Positions 9,830 to 19,247 of a DNA stretch of 64,000 nt are shown piece after piece. Within the stretch, counting starts at the first letter, position 1. Each line of letters starts with the position of its first letter. The notes under the pieces are model-generated. The model searched no databases. It saw nothing but the letters and a program-made list of their open reading frames with translations, and had not been told where the DNA came from. The DNA is from Acidocella sp. (GTDB taxonomy: Bacteria; Pseudomonadota; Alphaproteobacteria; Acetobacterales; Acetobacteraceae): NCBI GenBank assembly GCA_965276685.1, contig OZ255623.1:1935642-1999641 (forward strand), written 5' to 3'. The position numbers and the translations under genes are program-made.

Positions 9830-10520
9830 ATCGCGAACGCCAGGCGCGGATGGCGACGCTGATGTCATGCGCCTCGGCATTGGTCGGTGCGCTGACCGAT
9901 AGGGTAAACCCAGGACGATCCGGATTTGCCGCCCGGCGTTGCTCCCAAAGCTTAGCGATATAGGCAACGGCTTCACGATAACCGCCCGGTGCGATCCGCA
10001 GTGTGCCGTTCACCTCCTTGCGCCGGAGCACTTCGGCCGTCTGGCCGTTGCGGAACATCAGCGCCTTCTCACGCTCCTCAGCGTCATTCTGACGTACCGA
10101 GCTTGCCAACCTCCGGCATGCTGTTTTTGCCCAGCGCCCAGCGTAGCAATTCGATGACGGACCCGGCTTCAACCGCCTGCATCTGCTTCGGATCACCAAT
10201 CATCACCAGTTGAAAGCCGGTCTTCTTCTGAACCGCCAAAATATCGTTGAGCTGCCGGGTACCCAGCAGGCCGACTTCGTCCACCACGACCACTGAATTG
10301 CGGTCGAGAGCAATTTTGTCCACCTTCACGCTACACAGGAACGAGGCAACAGCTTGCGTATTGAACGCGGAGATGCCCGCTTCGGCGAGATCATCGGACT
10401 GCCGCCAAGCCAGGGCAACGCCGAATACCATGCGGCCGTCATCCTGCCAGGCCTTGACGAGAGGCTTGAGCAGCGTGCTCTTGCCGGAACCGGCGACACC
10501 GATGGCCAGACCGATGCGCT
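9830..10520 (-). pseudogene. MobF/TrwC-type relaxase-helicase internal fragment
   Basis: Walker A GVAGSGKST, VVVVDEVGLLGT, VMIGDPKQMQAVEAG, SAPTNAEA; broken across frames. Confidence 0.8.
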
Positions 10521-10523
10521 ACT

Positions 10524-11885
10524 TCATGGAGCGGAAACCTTCGCTATCGGCAGATTCATCGATTTCTGCCTGTCGGTCTGACGCTGGAGCATTATAACCG
10601 ATCCCGCTCCGATGATCATGCTAATGCCGAGTAAGACATAAACTTCAGAAAGCTGCCAATGATGCAGCAGGGCTAGGCTGGTCAGCAAAGGCACGATTAC
10701 CTGTCCAAGCCTCCCAATGCCGCTTGCCCAGCCGAGCCCAGTTGACCGCATGGAGATGGGATAGGTAACTGCTGCCAGCGCGAGGAGGCCCGCGGCACTC
10801 AATCCACCAACGCATGTGCCGAGAAAAATCACATCGATCAACATGGCGTCCAGCGAACCTGCGAAATAGCCCACGACTGCGGTGGATAGGCCGCCGAGAA
10901 TCATGGCAGGAGCCAATATCGCAACTGCCCCAAATTTTTCCATCAAACGCCCCGCGCTCGCCGCACCGAAAATTGAACCGATGCCGCTAATACCGAGAAC
11001 AATGGAGGCCTTCGGTAAGGAAATCCCGTGTTCGTGCATCAGACTCGGAATCCAAAGCACGCCCGATGCAGTCCCGGAAAGAACAACAAACGGAATCCAA
11101 AGCAGCACGGTTCGTACCGCCTCGCCGTTTATAAAAAGATTTTTGAATGGCGCGCCCCCGGTTTGTTCGTCACTTGTGATAATCTGCTCGTTTGAATTCA
11201 GGCCCGGCACAATACGACCCGCGATGCGATGAATATCTCTCGAATTCCGGTTTTTCACGAGCAAGAAGCGGATGGATTCTGGCAGCCACAAGATGAGTGC
11301 CAGGAAAGCGAGCATTGCAAGGCCGCCGCCCACAACAAAGATCGAATGCCAACCGAAGCGTGAAAGCAGCCAGGCATTCAAAAACGCGCCTAAAATTCCG
11401 CCCGTAGGATAAGCGGCCCAGACAAAGCTCGTAACCATCGCACGGTGCGAGTTTGGTGCATATTCAGAGGCGAGCGCGATAAAGCATGGCACCGCACCGC
11501 CAAGTCCTATGCCTGCAAGAAAGCGAATTGCGATCAGGCTCTCAAATGATGCCACGAAAGCGGTGGCGATCGTAAACGCGGCGAACAGCAGCGTCGCGAT
11601 GACCAGCATGCGCTTACGGCCGAAGCGGTCGCCAAGCGAGCCGAAACTGAGCGCACCCAGCATTGCGCCAAAAATTGCCGCAGAAAAAATCGGCCCGAGA
11701 TGTGCTGGCGATAACTTCAAGGCAAGAATAATCAGCGGAGCTGTAAGGCCAATGGAAGTGGAGTCCAACCCGTCTAAAAACGCAACCGCGCCGCATAGTA
11801 CGATGATGCTGACGAGAAATGCGCTGAAGGGCGCCTCGGTAATTACACGCGTGATGTTTACGGAATCTCTCATTTCTTTTGACAT
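10524..11885 (-). CDS. MFS aromatic acid:H+ symporter (PcaK/BenK/MhpT family)
   Basis: FLDGLD, GSLGDRFGRKR, ALASEYAP, RSTGLGW..GIGRLG; multiple TM segments. Confidence 0.9.
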   Translation of the reverse strand: MSKEMRDSVNITRVITEAPFSAFLVSIIVLCGAVAFLDGLDSTSIGLTAPLIILALKLSPAHLGPIFSAAIFGAMLGALSFGSLGDRFGRKRMLVIATLLFAAFTIATAFVASFESLIAIRFLAGIGLGGAVPCFIALASEYAPNSHRAMVTSFVWAAYPTGGILGAFLNAWLLSRFGWHSIFVVGGGLAMLAFLALILWLPESIRFLLVKNRNSRDIHRIAGRIVPGLNSNEQIITSDEQTGGAPFKNLFINGEAVRTVLLWIPFVVLSGTASGVLWIPSLMHEHGISLPKASIVLGISGIGSIFGAASAGRLMEKFGAVAILAPAMILGGLSTAVVGYFAGSLDAMLIDVIFLGTCVGGLSAAGLLALAAVTYPISMRSTGLGWASGIGRLGQVIVPLLTSLALLHHWQLSEVYVLLGISMIIGAGSVIMLQRQTDRQKSMNLPIAKVSAP

Positions 11886-11986
11886 ATTTTTCCTTAAACA
11901 AAAGCGAAGACGCGACTGTTTACCATCTTGCTGATGTAAATAATTTTGTTTTCGATAAACCGGACGAGTTTCATCGAAAATCTTTA

Positions 11987-12916
11987 TCAGAAATTAGTCT
12001 GATCTGCACCTTTTAAGCGTAGTCTGTTGCGGGCTTCGTCTGGTGTGGCGATGGCGTAGCCCAGCTCGCCCAGAATACGCTTGATCTTGGCGACCTGCTC
12101 GGCATTGGAAGTGGCGAGATGGCCGCGGTCGAGATAGAGGCTGTCTTCCAGCCCGACGCGCACATTGCCGCCAAGCAGCGCATTATGCGTCGCCATCGGC
12201 ATCTGGTGCCGCCCGGCGGCGAGCACGGACCATTCTACATCGGGCCCGAACAGCCGTTGCGCGGTGCGGACCATGTGCAGCAGGTGGTCGATCTCTGCCG
12301 CGATGCCGCCCATGATGCCCATGCAGAACTGGATGAACAGCGGCGGCTCGTAGAGCTTCTGGTCCAGAAACCATGCGAGGTTGTGCAGATGCCCGACATC
12401 GTAGCATTCAAACTCAAAGCGCGAGCCGTGGCCTTCGCCCAGACGCTTCAACACCGATTCGATGTCCGCGAAAGTATTTTTGAAAAAACTGCTGCGCGTG
12501 CCTTCGAGGAACGGCTTCTCCCAGCCGTAGCGCCATTCCTTTATCTTATCCGCGACCGGGAACAGCGCCATGTTGATGGTGCCCATGTTGAGCGAGGTCA
12601 TCTCCGGGCTGGCCCATTCAGCGGCGGCGAGGCGCTCGTCGAGGCTCATGCCAGGACCGCCGCCGGTGGTGATGTTCACCACCGCGCCGGTGGCCTGTTT
12701 GATCCGTGGCAGGAACTGCTTGAATAATTCCGGCGAGAAGGCGGGGCGGCCATCCTGCGGGTCGCGCGCGTGCAGATGCAGGATGGTCGCACCCGCCTCC
12801 GCCGCCGCAATCGATTCGGACGCGATTTCATCCGGCGTGATGGGCAGATGCGGCGACATGCTGGGGACATGCAGCGAGCCGGTGATCGCGCAGCTGATGA
12901 TAACGGATTTTGCCAT
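11987..12916 (-). CDS. Beta-keto acid cleavage enzyme (BKACE / 3-keto-5-aminohexanoate cleavage family, DUF849)
   Basis: IISCAITG, LHLHARD, NITTGG, EFECYDVGH, VRVGLED, SNAEQV. Confidence 0.92.
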   Translation of the reverse strand: MAKSVIISCAITGSLHVPSMSPHLPITPDEIASESIAAAEAGATILHLHARDPQDGRPAFSPELFKQFLPRIKQATGAVVNITTGGGPGMSLDERLAAAEWASPEMTSLNMGTINMALFPVADKIKEWRYGWEKPFLEGTRSSFFKNTFADIESVLKRLGEGHGSRFEFECYDVGHLHNLAWFLDQKLYEPPLFIQFCMGIMGGIAAEIDHLLHMVRTAQRLFGPDVEWSVLAAGRHQMPMATHNALLGGNVRVGLEDSLYLDRGHLATSNAEQVAKIKRILGELGYAIATPDEARNRLRLKGADQTNF

Positions 12917-12931
12917 GTTAATTTCCCTATG

Positions 12932-13912
12932 TCAGTGCTGATGCCCGCAGCAGCTTGCGGCAAATTTGCCGAACAGGCGTGTTGCGTTGCCGGAGCGGAC
13001 CATTTTCTGTTCATCCGGCGTAAAGTCCAGCGCCTGGAAAGCGGTTTCCGCCATTCGCACCACGGCTTCCGGAGCGAACGGAAAATCCGTGCCGTAGAGA
13101 ATTTGCGATGCCGGCGCCAAAGCACGAAGTGCGGCGATTTGCTGCGGCGTGACCGCGAGCGCGGTATCGTAATGCAGCCGGGCGAACGCCGCCATCGTTT
13201 CCTGCATGGGGATAGAGCGCTCCCCTAAGGCGGGCAGGCTGCCGACCATGGCAATGCGCGGGGCGAGCATGGGCAGCGTACCGCCGGCATGGGGCAGGAT
13301 GAAATTTATACCGCGATGGCGCAACAATGCGCCGGAGAACATCAGGCTGGCAGCCGTCCTTGTGGTGTCGAACGGGAACTCGATCATCGGCGCGGGCAGT
13401 TCCAGCCCGAACGCCTCAAAACAGCAGGGCGAGGTGGGGTGGATGAACACCGTGACCTTGCGTTCGTCCAGCATTTCCAGCAGCGGCGCCAGCTTTGCAT
13501 CGCCGAGATAAACGCCTTCCGCATTGGTTGGCAGCGCCACACCATCCAGCGCCAGCTCATCCAGCCCGCGCTCCAGCTCCGCCAGACTGGCGACAATATC
13601 CGGCAGCGGCAGAATGGCATAGGCGCCGAAGCGGGTGGGGTGGCGGCGCTTGACCTCGGCGGCATAATCGTTGACCGACCGGCAAAGGGCTACGGCTTGG
13701 GCAGGCTCCAGAAAGGCCACATGCGGCGAGGAGATAGAGAGCAGCGCGCCGGTGACGCCGATCTCGTCCATGCTGGCCAGCGCGCGCTCGGGCGACCAGT
13801 CCGGGACCGGGATACCGCCATCCAGGGTTTTAAGGCCCGCGGTCTTCAGCGCCTCCAGATAAACGGGCGGCAGAAAATGCGCGTGGACATCGATCGTTTG
13901 CGGTTTTGGCAT
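12932..13912 (-). CDS. Amidohydrolase-2 family hydrolase/decarboxylase
   Basis: IDVHAH, FIHP, EFPFDTTR, LPHAGGTLP, YGTDFPF. Confidence 0.88.
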   Translation of the reverse strand: MPKPQTIDVHAHFLPPVYLEALKTAGLKTLDGGIPVPDWSPERALASMDEIGVTGALLSISSPHVAFLEPAQAVALCRSVNDYAAEVKRRHPTRFGAYAILPLPDIVASLAELERGLDELALDGVALPTNAEGVYLGDAKLAPLLEMLDERKVTVFIHPTSPCCFEAFGLELPAPMIEFPFDTTRTAASLMFSGALLRHRGINFILPHAGGTLPMLAPRIAMVGSLPALGERSIPMQETMAAFARLHYDTALAVTPQQIAALRALAPASQILYGTDFPFAPEAVVRMAETAFQALDFTPDEQKMVRSGNATRLFGKFAASCCGHQH

Positions 13913-13936
13913 GGTGTTTCCCGTTGATATTTGTAA

Positions 13937-15508
13937 TTACGCTGCCGTGTTTGGGGCTGCGCGCGGCCGCCGCAAAATTTCTTCCGCGGTCTGCGCGGCG
14001 ATCAGCAAGGCTTCGGCGGGGGCAGGCGCTGCCAGAGCTTGCGACCAGGCGGCGGCCAGATGCCCGGGCTCGCCGGTGCCGAAGACATAACGGTCTGGCC
14101 GTACCAGAACCGCCGCAACGCCGTGCGCCGCCAGCCAGGCCGTAACCTGCTCCCGGAATAAAGCCAAGCGGGCATCATCCAGGCTTATGGTAAAAACATC
14201 AGGCGCCGCGGCCGCGGGCGAAGCCGCGATAAGCCAGGCGCCATGGCCCAGCGCATCGTCCAGCCGCAGCGTCTCGCCGTCACGCTCCGAGACGGGTTGG
14301 GGAAAGAGTTCGCCTGCACCGGGTGTACCTTCCAGAATGCACGGCCCGCCCAGCGGCGGCGGCACGGCGGGCGGAATGGGGGTGATCCCGGCACGGCGGG
14401 CCGCGAGCATCTGTTCGTCCCGCTGCCGCGCCAGTTCGGGGTCTAATGTGCAGACCACCTTGCCCATGTCGATGGCAAGCTGGATATAGGCGCGGGCATT
14501 CGGCTCACGCTCGATCTGATAGCTGTCCAGCAGTGTATCGGCGGCGCCCCCGCGCAAAATCGCGGCCAGCTTCCAGGCGAGGTTGGCAGCATCCCGGATG
14601 CCCGCGCACATGCCCTGGCCCGCGAAGGGTGGAGTTTGGTGCGCGGCGTCCCCCGCGATGAGCACCGGACCGACCCGCCATTTTTCCGCGACAAGCCCGT
14701 GAAAGCGATAAACCGCCTTGCGTTCGATCGCGACATCCGTCTCCCACTTCGCCAGCAGCCCCGCGATGAAATCATCGTCCAGCACATCCGCAGGCTTCTC
14801 GCCCGGCAGCATCATGAACTCCCAGCGATGCCGGCCAGGCCCCATGGGTACGCAAGTGGTCGGCCGGGCAGGATCGCAGATTTGCAAGTTCACCTCCGGC
14901 AGCTTCGCGCCGGGGCGGGGAATCGCATCGACGACAAGCCAAGGCTCGTCGAACTGCAGATCCTCCAGCCGGCTGCCGACCGCCTCGCGCACCGGGCTCC
15001 ACGCGCCGTCGCAACCGACAACGTAACGTGCGATGATGCTGACCGGACCGTCAGGCCCGGCGGCCTCGACGTTTACGCCGTCCGCCTGGACATGAAGATT
15101 TTCAAAAGCCGCGCCGAGCAGCAGCCGGACATTTGGCAAGGCTTTGAGCTTGGCGCGCAACGCGCCCTCCAGCCCCGGCTGGTTGAACATGAAGCCCGCG
15201 GCCCAGCCGGACGGGGCGAGGGTTTTTGCCATCGCCTCGAAGCTGACCAGTACCTCGCCGCTGGCGCTGCGGAATTCATAGCCGTTGGGGACGCGCGCGT
15301 GTTGCAGAACCTCCTCCGCCACGCCCAGTTCCTGAAAAATCCGCATGATCTCATGGTCGAAATGCGCGGCCCGGGGCAGCGGGAAAATTTCCGTGGATTT
15401 GTCGATCGCGAGCACATCGATGCCAGAGTCGCCGAGCAGCCCGGCGAGCGTGGCGCCCACCGGGCCGAGGCCCACGATCAGAATTTCGCAAGAGAGCGTT
15501 TCAGTCAT
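13937..15508 (-). CDS. FAD-dependent aromatic hydroxylase, MhpA-like
   Basis: IVGLGPVG, PRAAHFDHE, VGCDGA, GDAAHQTPPFAGQGMCAGIRDA, C-terminal VLVRPDRYV. Start set at MTETLS. Confidence 0.9.
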   Translation of the reverse strand: MTETLSCEILIVGLGPVGATLAGLLGDSGIDVLAIDKSTEIFPLPRAAHFDHEIMRIFQELGVAEEVLQHARVPNGYEFRSASGEVLVSFEAMAKTLAPSGWAAGFMFNQPGLEGALRAKLKALPNVRLLLGAAFENLHVQADGVNVEAAGPDGPVSIIARYVVGCDGAWSPVREAVGSRLEDLQFDEPWLVVDAIPRPGAKLPEVNLQICDPARPTTCVPMGPGRHRWEFMMLPGEKPADVLDDDFIAGLLAKWETDVAIERKAVYRFHGLVAEKWRVGPVLIAGDAAHQTPPFAGQGMCAGIRDAANLAWKLAAILRGGAADTLLDSYQIEREPNARAYIQLAIDMGKVVCTLDPELARQRDEQMLAARRAGITPIPPAVPPPLGGPCILEGTPGAGELFPQPVSERDGETLRLDDALGHGAWLIAASPAAAAPDVFTISLDDARLALFREQVTAWLAAHGVAAVLVRPDRYVFGTGEPGHLAAAWSQALAAPAPAEALLIAAQTAEEILRRPRAAPNTAA

Positions 15509-15513
15509 CTTGT

Positions 15514-16428
15514 TCAACCCATATGCGGCGGGGCCGGGCCCCATTGTACGGCCAAAAGGTCGGAAAGCGGCGCGACGCGAGAGCCATCCGCGGCGGTGAA
15601 AAGATCGCCATCGGTCCAGTGCTCGAGCGTGTTATCCCAGGGGTCGCGCCAATAGTCGAAGATCTGGCTGCCGAGAAAATGCCGGCCGACGCCCCATTCC
15701 GGCTTATAGCCCGCCTGGGCGAGCCGGACATGGCCCGCATGCAGATCGTCCACATCCACGACCTCGAACGCCGCATGATGAAAGCCGACTCCGGCGGGGT
15801 TTTGCATGAGAAACAACGTGTGATGATCGGTAGGTATTTCACCACGGTCGCAGCGCAGGAAGGCGCCGATGGAAACCTCCGGCGAGGCGGCGATCTCGTC
15901 CGATGTGATGAAGCCGAAACGCTCCTTGTACCAGCGCTCCGAGCGCCGGAAATCCGATACGCTCAGCACGCAGTGACCAAGCCGTACAACATGCGCCGCA
16001 GCCTGGCCGGTACGCTTGGGCTTACGCAGCCGGGCCTTCTCCCGCGCGCTGTTCCAGCCGTCGCTGTCGGGCAAGGTTTGCGTCTCTACCGGCGTCTGCC
16101 CGGCCAGAACTTCCACGAGATAGCCATCAGGATCGCGCAGCGTGACCGCCATGCCGCCGCCGGGGCGCGTGACAGGCTGCGGTTCCACGCCCTCGGCATG
16201 GCCAAGCGCGATCACGTCCTCAACCGAGGCCGCGCGCAGGCCAAGACTCGCGAAACCCGGCTCGCCCTGCTCCGTAATATGCACATAAGGTGCTGGCCCC
16301 AGACCGCGCGCATAAAGACGATTGTTCTCATGCGTGACGGACAACCCGAAATCTACAAGAAAACGCTGCATCTTAGCCAAATCCGGCGCGCGGAACGCAA
16401 CGTGGGATACATCTTCGATTTTGATCAT
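15514..16428 (-). CDS. VOC-family extradiol dioxygenase, trihydroxytoluene oxygenase (DntD)-like
   Basis: Two VOC domains; RLGH, DHHT, HHAAFEV, WGVGRHFLGSQIFDYWRDP...EH. Confidence 0.8.
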   Translation of the reverse strand: MIKIEDVSHVAFRAPDLAKMQRFLVDFGLSVTHENNRLYARGLGPAPYVHITEQGEPGFASLGLRAASVEDVIALGHAEGVEPQPVTRPGGGMAVTLRDPDGYLVEVLAGQTPVETQTLPDSDGWNSAREKARLRKPKRTGQAAAHVVRLGHCVLSVSDFRRSERWYKERFGFITSDEIAASPEVSIGAFLRCDRGEIPTDHHTLFLMQNPAGVGFHHAAFEVVDVDDLHAGHVRLAQAGYKPEWGVGRHFLGSQIFDYWRDPWDNTLEHWTDGDLFTAADGSRVAPLSDLLAVQWGPAPPHMG

Positions 16429-16494
16429 GCTAACGCTTTCCCAAGAGATGGTTTGGCCCATGCCGCTTGGCAATAAAGCCCGTTCGTTACGTTT

Positions 16495-17691
16495 TTAGCC
16501 AACTACTTCGACGATCAGCTTCGCCACGCCGCGTAACGTGTTATGCGGTGTACGTTGCGATTCGATGATGCGGAACCGCTCAACCTTGCGGATGAGGATT
16601 TCCAGCAGCGTGGTAATCTCAAGTTTTGCAAGATGCATCCCGGCGCAAACATGCGTGCCATAACCAAAGCCAAGATGGTCGCGCGCCTTGCGCTCGATGT
16701 CATAGCGTTCCGGGTTTTCGAAACGGCGTTCGTCCCGGTTAGCGCAGGCATAGAGCATGAGTGCGCGTGAGCCTTCCTTCAGCGTTACGCCGCCAATCTC
16801 GAAATCCGTTGTGACATAGCGGGAGAACGCGCGAATCGGCGACTCCATGCGAATCGTCTCGTCGATCGCGCTTGAAATCAGCGCCGGATTGGCGCGCAGC
16901 TTGTGCCATTGGTCCGGGTTGTTCGCCATCAACTCGATCAATGCGGAGGTCGCGTTGATCGTCGTATCCAACGCGGGGGTAAGATAGTCTATCAGCATCG
17001 CCTTTGCGGAAGCATGGGTAATCTTGCCATCGTCGGCGGCGCGGAACAAAGCCGCACCCCAGCCGTTCTGGTCCAGCTCGCTGCGATCGAGCCGTTCGAT
17101 ATAGCCAAAGGCCTCTACCAAAATCTCAAGGCCCTCGATCGTCCGGGGGCTGCTTATCGGGCCGAAGGCGTTAAAGATGGCCGCCGCCCAGCCGAGCATT
17201 TTCTCCTTACCCTCTTCGCTGAGTCCAACCAACTCGGTCACGACCGTGAGGGGGAGAAAATGCGCGAGGTCCAGCACCGCGTCAAAGCGTTTGCGCGCCA
17301 CCAGTTCGCTAATCCGCTTCTCGGCCAGTTCGGTAAGCCGGACTTTTAACGGCGCCAGCGAACCCGGTAGCAGCGGCTTCGCGAACACCCGGCGCAGCTC
17401 TAAATGTTTTGGATCATCTGTCGTGAGCATGACGCCTTCGGCCCCCTGGTTCGCGGGCTCGTTCATCGTACAGCCCTTGGCGGAGGAGAACACCTCGGCA
17501 TTCAGCAGCCCGTCCCTCACCGTCTCAAACCGCGTCAATGCCCAGGCATTATGCCGGCTCAGCCACACGGCAGGCCCGGCGTCGCGCAGTTTCTGATAGT
17601 ACGGGTAAGGATTGAGGATGACTTCATCTGACCAAAAATCACCGTCGAATGTCGGGATCGAAGCAGCTTTCGGATAGATAGCGTCATTCAT
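16495..17691 (-). CDS. Cytochrome P450, CYP199-like aromatic acid O-demethylase candidate
   Basis: NPYPYY..LRDAGP, FNAFGP, ALDTT, ETIR (ExxR), FGYGTHVCAG heme-Cys. GAGGA RBS before MNDAIYP. Confidence 0.92.
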   Translation of the reverse strand: MNDAIYPKAASIPTFDGDFWSDEVILNPYPYYQKLRDAGPAVWLSRHNAWALTRFETVRDGLLNAEVFSSAKGCTMNEPANQGAEGVMLTTDDPKHLELRRVFAKPLLPGSLAPLKVRLTELAEKRISELVARKRFDAVLDLAHFLPLTVVTELVGLSEEGKEKMLGWAAAIFNAFGPISSPRTIEGLEILVEAFGYIERLDRSELDQNGWGAALFRAADDGKITHASAKAMLIDYLTPALDTTINATSALIELMANNPDQWHKLRANPALISSAIDETIRMESPIRAFSRYVTTDFEIGGVTLKEGSRALMLYACANRDERRFENPERYDIERKARDHLGFGYGTHVCAGMHLAKLEITTLLEILIRKVERFRIIESQRTPHNTLRGVAKLIVEVVG

Positions 17692-17785
17692 CGGGTTTTC
17701 CTCAATTGTCATATATTACAAACGGAGAACTTTGGTCGTAGCGATGACGTAGACATTCTGGATCATATCAAAACTTTTTTGTCTC

Positions 17786-17824
17786 AAAAAAAGAAAAAAC
17801 GCGCCACGATGACTTGTGGCGCGT
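17786..17824 (-). terminator. Rho-independent terminator after the DUF1329 gene
   Basis: ACGCGCCAC/GTGGCGCGT 9-bp stem followed by a T-tract on the minus strand. Confidence 0.7.
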
Positions 17825-17842
17825 GCGTAGTTTTGAACTAGG

Positions 17843-19234
17843 TTAAAATGCTCCAGATGCGGTTACGAGATGGCCCGCTGTGAAGAAAGATGCCGGCAAT
17901 TCCGGGATCACTTTCCAGTGTGGCTGTATCGCTGCGCTAGCATGATCGGTAATCGAGTAATCGCCCGCATGAAGGTCATAGATCGTAAAATTCTGTGCTA
18001 TGTTGCACGCAGGCACGTCTCCATAAATGCATGGAATCATATGAGCGAATTTCCAGAGCGAGCCGCTGCCGTCGTACACGTCGCTCAAAACAGCGCTGCC
18101 AGTGTCTTCATCGCAATACATAGTCCGTCGCGCATCAACATTGCGGGAACCTGGTTTCAATGTCATTTCAACAATACGACAACGATGCAGCTCCCACCTG
18201 ATAAGGTCCGGATTGATAAAATGTGGTTTGAATTGATCATCCGGCGACGCCTCGCTAAATTTGTTCGAATTATATGGCACGTACATTTCTTTTATGCCGA
18301 TATAATTAAAGTCATATTCATTGAGCTGCCCGTAAAACAGGGCGATCTCGTCCCAGTTCGACGTGCCGCCGGTCAGGGAGTCTGGCGTATCGTATTGTAG
18401 CTCAGGCGCCCGGCGTACCCGGCGTTGCCCAACAAGATATTCCCAAGCCTCGACCGGCTGTTTGCCTTGGTTAAGTGTTTGCAAGCTCATAATGGATCCA
18501 CCGGCCTGGTATGGCGGGGCGGTCGGCACGCCAAATGATTCGAAGGTAATTCCTATAAAGTCCTTCTCGCCGTTTTGGAAGTAGTATGGAGCTTGAAACC
18601 AGGCCTTAGCGCGGGATTCAAGTACGACTTCGCCCTCTGCCGTAATGAAATGATCGTCGGCGACGTAATAGGCGGTTGTCCCCGCCCAGGCGAGTTCGTG
18701 GTTCCAGATCACCTCATGGCCATTTTTCGGGATCGGGAAGGGGATACCACCATAAGCGCCGCTGATCGAATTCCCATCCGCCGAGAGCTGAGCGTTGGTC
18801 GCATTCTTGTAAATATTGTCATAAACCCATTGCGGCGCGATGGCAGTGCGATGCGTCGGAAAGATTTGCATCGTAAAATCCGGACGCTTCTGAAAAAGTG
18901 CTTGCAGCGCCGGAGATAATTTATCCGCATATTGCGCCATATTTTGCGACGTAATTACCATTGTCGGCTTCTCATCCGCGAACGGAATCGGTCGCGTATC
19001 GCCCTGCTGGTAATCGGCTGGCATCGGGTATCCCCCGCCCGTCCAGGCCGGAATGCTGCCATCCACGTTTGCCGCTTTCACCGCACCGAACGGGGTCAAC
19101 TGCCCTTTCAAATCTTCCGGCGTGTAAGCGGGCGGTGTAAAAACAGCCTGTGCGTTAGAGAGCTTTGGCAGAGCGGCGGCGGCAGCCGTGGTTGCCGATG
19201 CCATCAAAACAGAGCGCCGTTTCATTTTTATCAT
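17843..19234 (-). CDS. DUF1329 family periplasmic protein with twin-arginine-like signal
   Basis: KRRSVLM signal; LTPFGAVKAAN.DGSIPAWTGG, AYGGIPFPIP, GQRRVRRAPEL.YD, RWELHR. Confidence 0.88.
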   Translation of the reverse strand: MIKMKRRSVLMASATTAAAAALPKLSNAQAVFTPPAYTPEDLKGQLTPFGAVKAANVDGSIPAWTGGGYPMPADYQQGDTRPIPFADEKPTMVITSQNMAQYADKLSPALQALFQKRPDFTMQIFPTHRTAIAPQWVYDNIYKNATNAQLSADGNSISGAYGGIPFPIPKNGHEVIWNHELAWAGTTAYYVADDHFITAEGEVVLESRAKAWFQAPYYFQNGEKDFIGITFESFGVPTAPPYQAGGSIMSLQTLNQGKQPVEAWEYLVGQRRVRRAPELQYDTPDSLTGGTSNWDEIALFYGQLNEYDFNYIGIKEMYVPYNSNKFSEASPDDQFKPHFINPDLIRWELHRCRIVEMTLKPGSRNVDARRTMYCDEDTGSAVLSDVYDGSGSLWKFAHMIPCIYGDVPACNIAQNFTIYDLHAGDYSITDHASAAIQPHWKVIPELPASFFTAGHLVTASGAF

Positions 19235-19247
19235 TTTTTCGTTTCCC

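Noticed and set aside
14636-16476. Long plus-strand ORFs (339 aa and 317 aa)
   Set aside because: Antisense shadows of the hydroxylase and VOC genes, expected at high GC.
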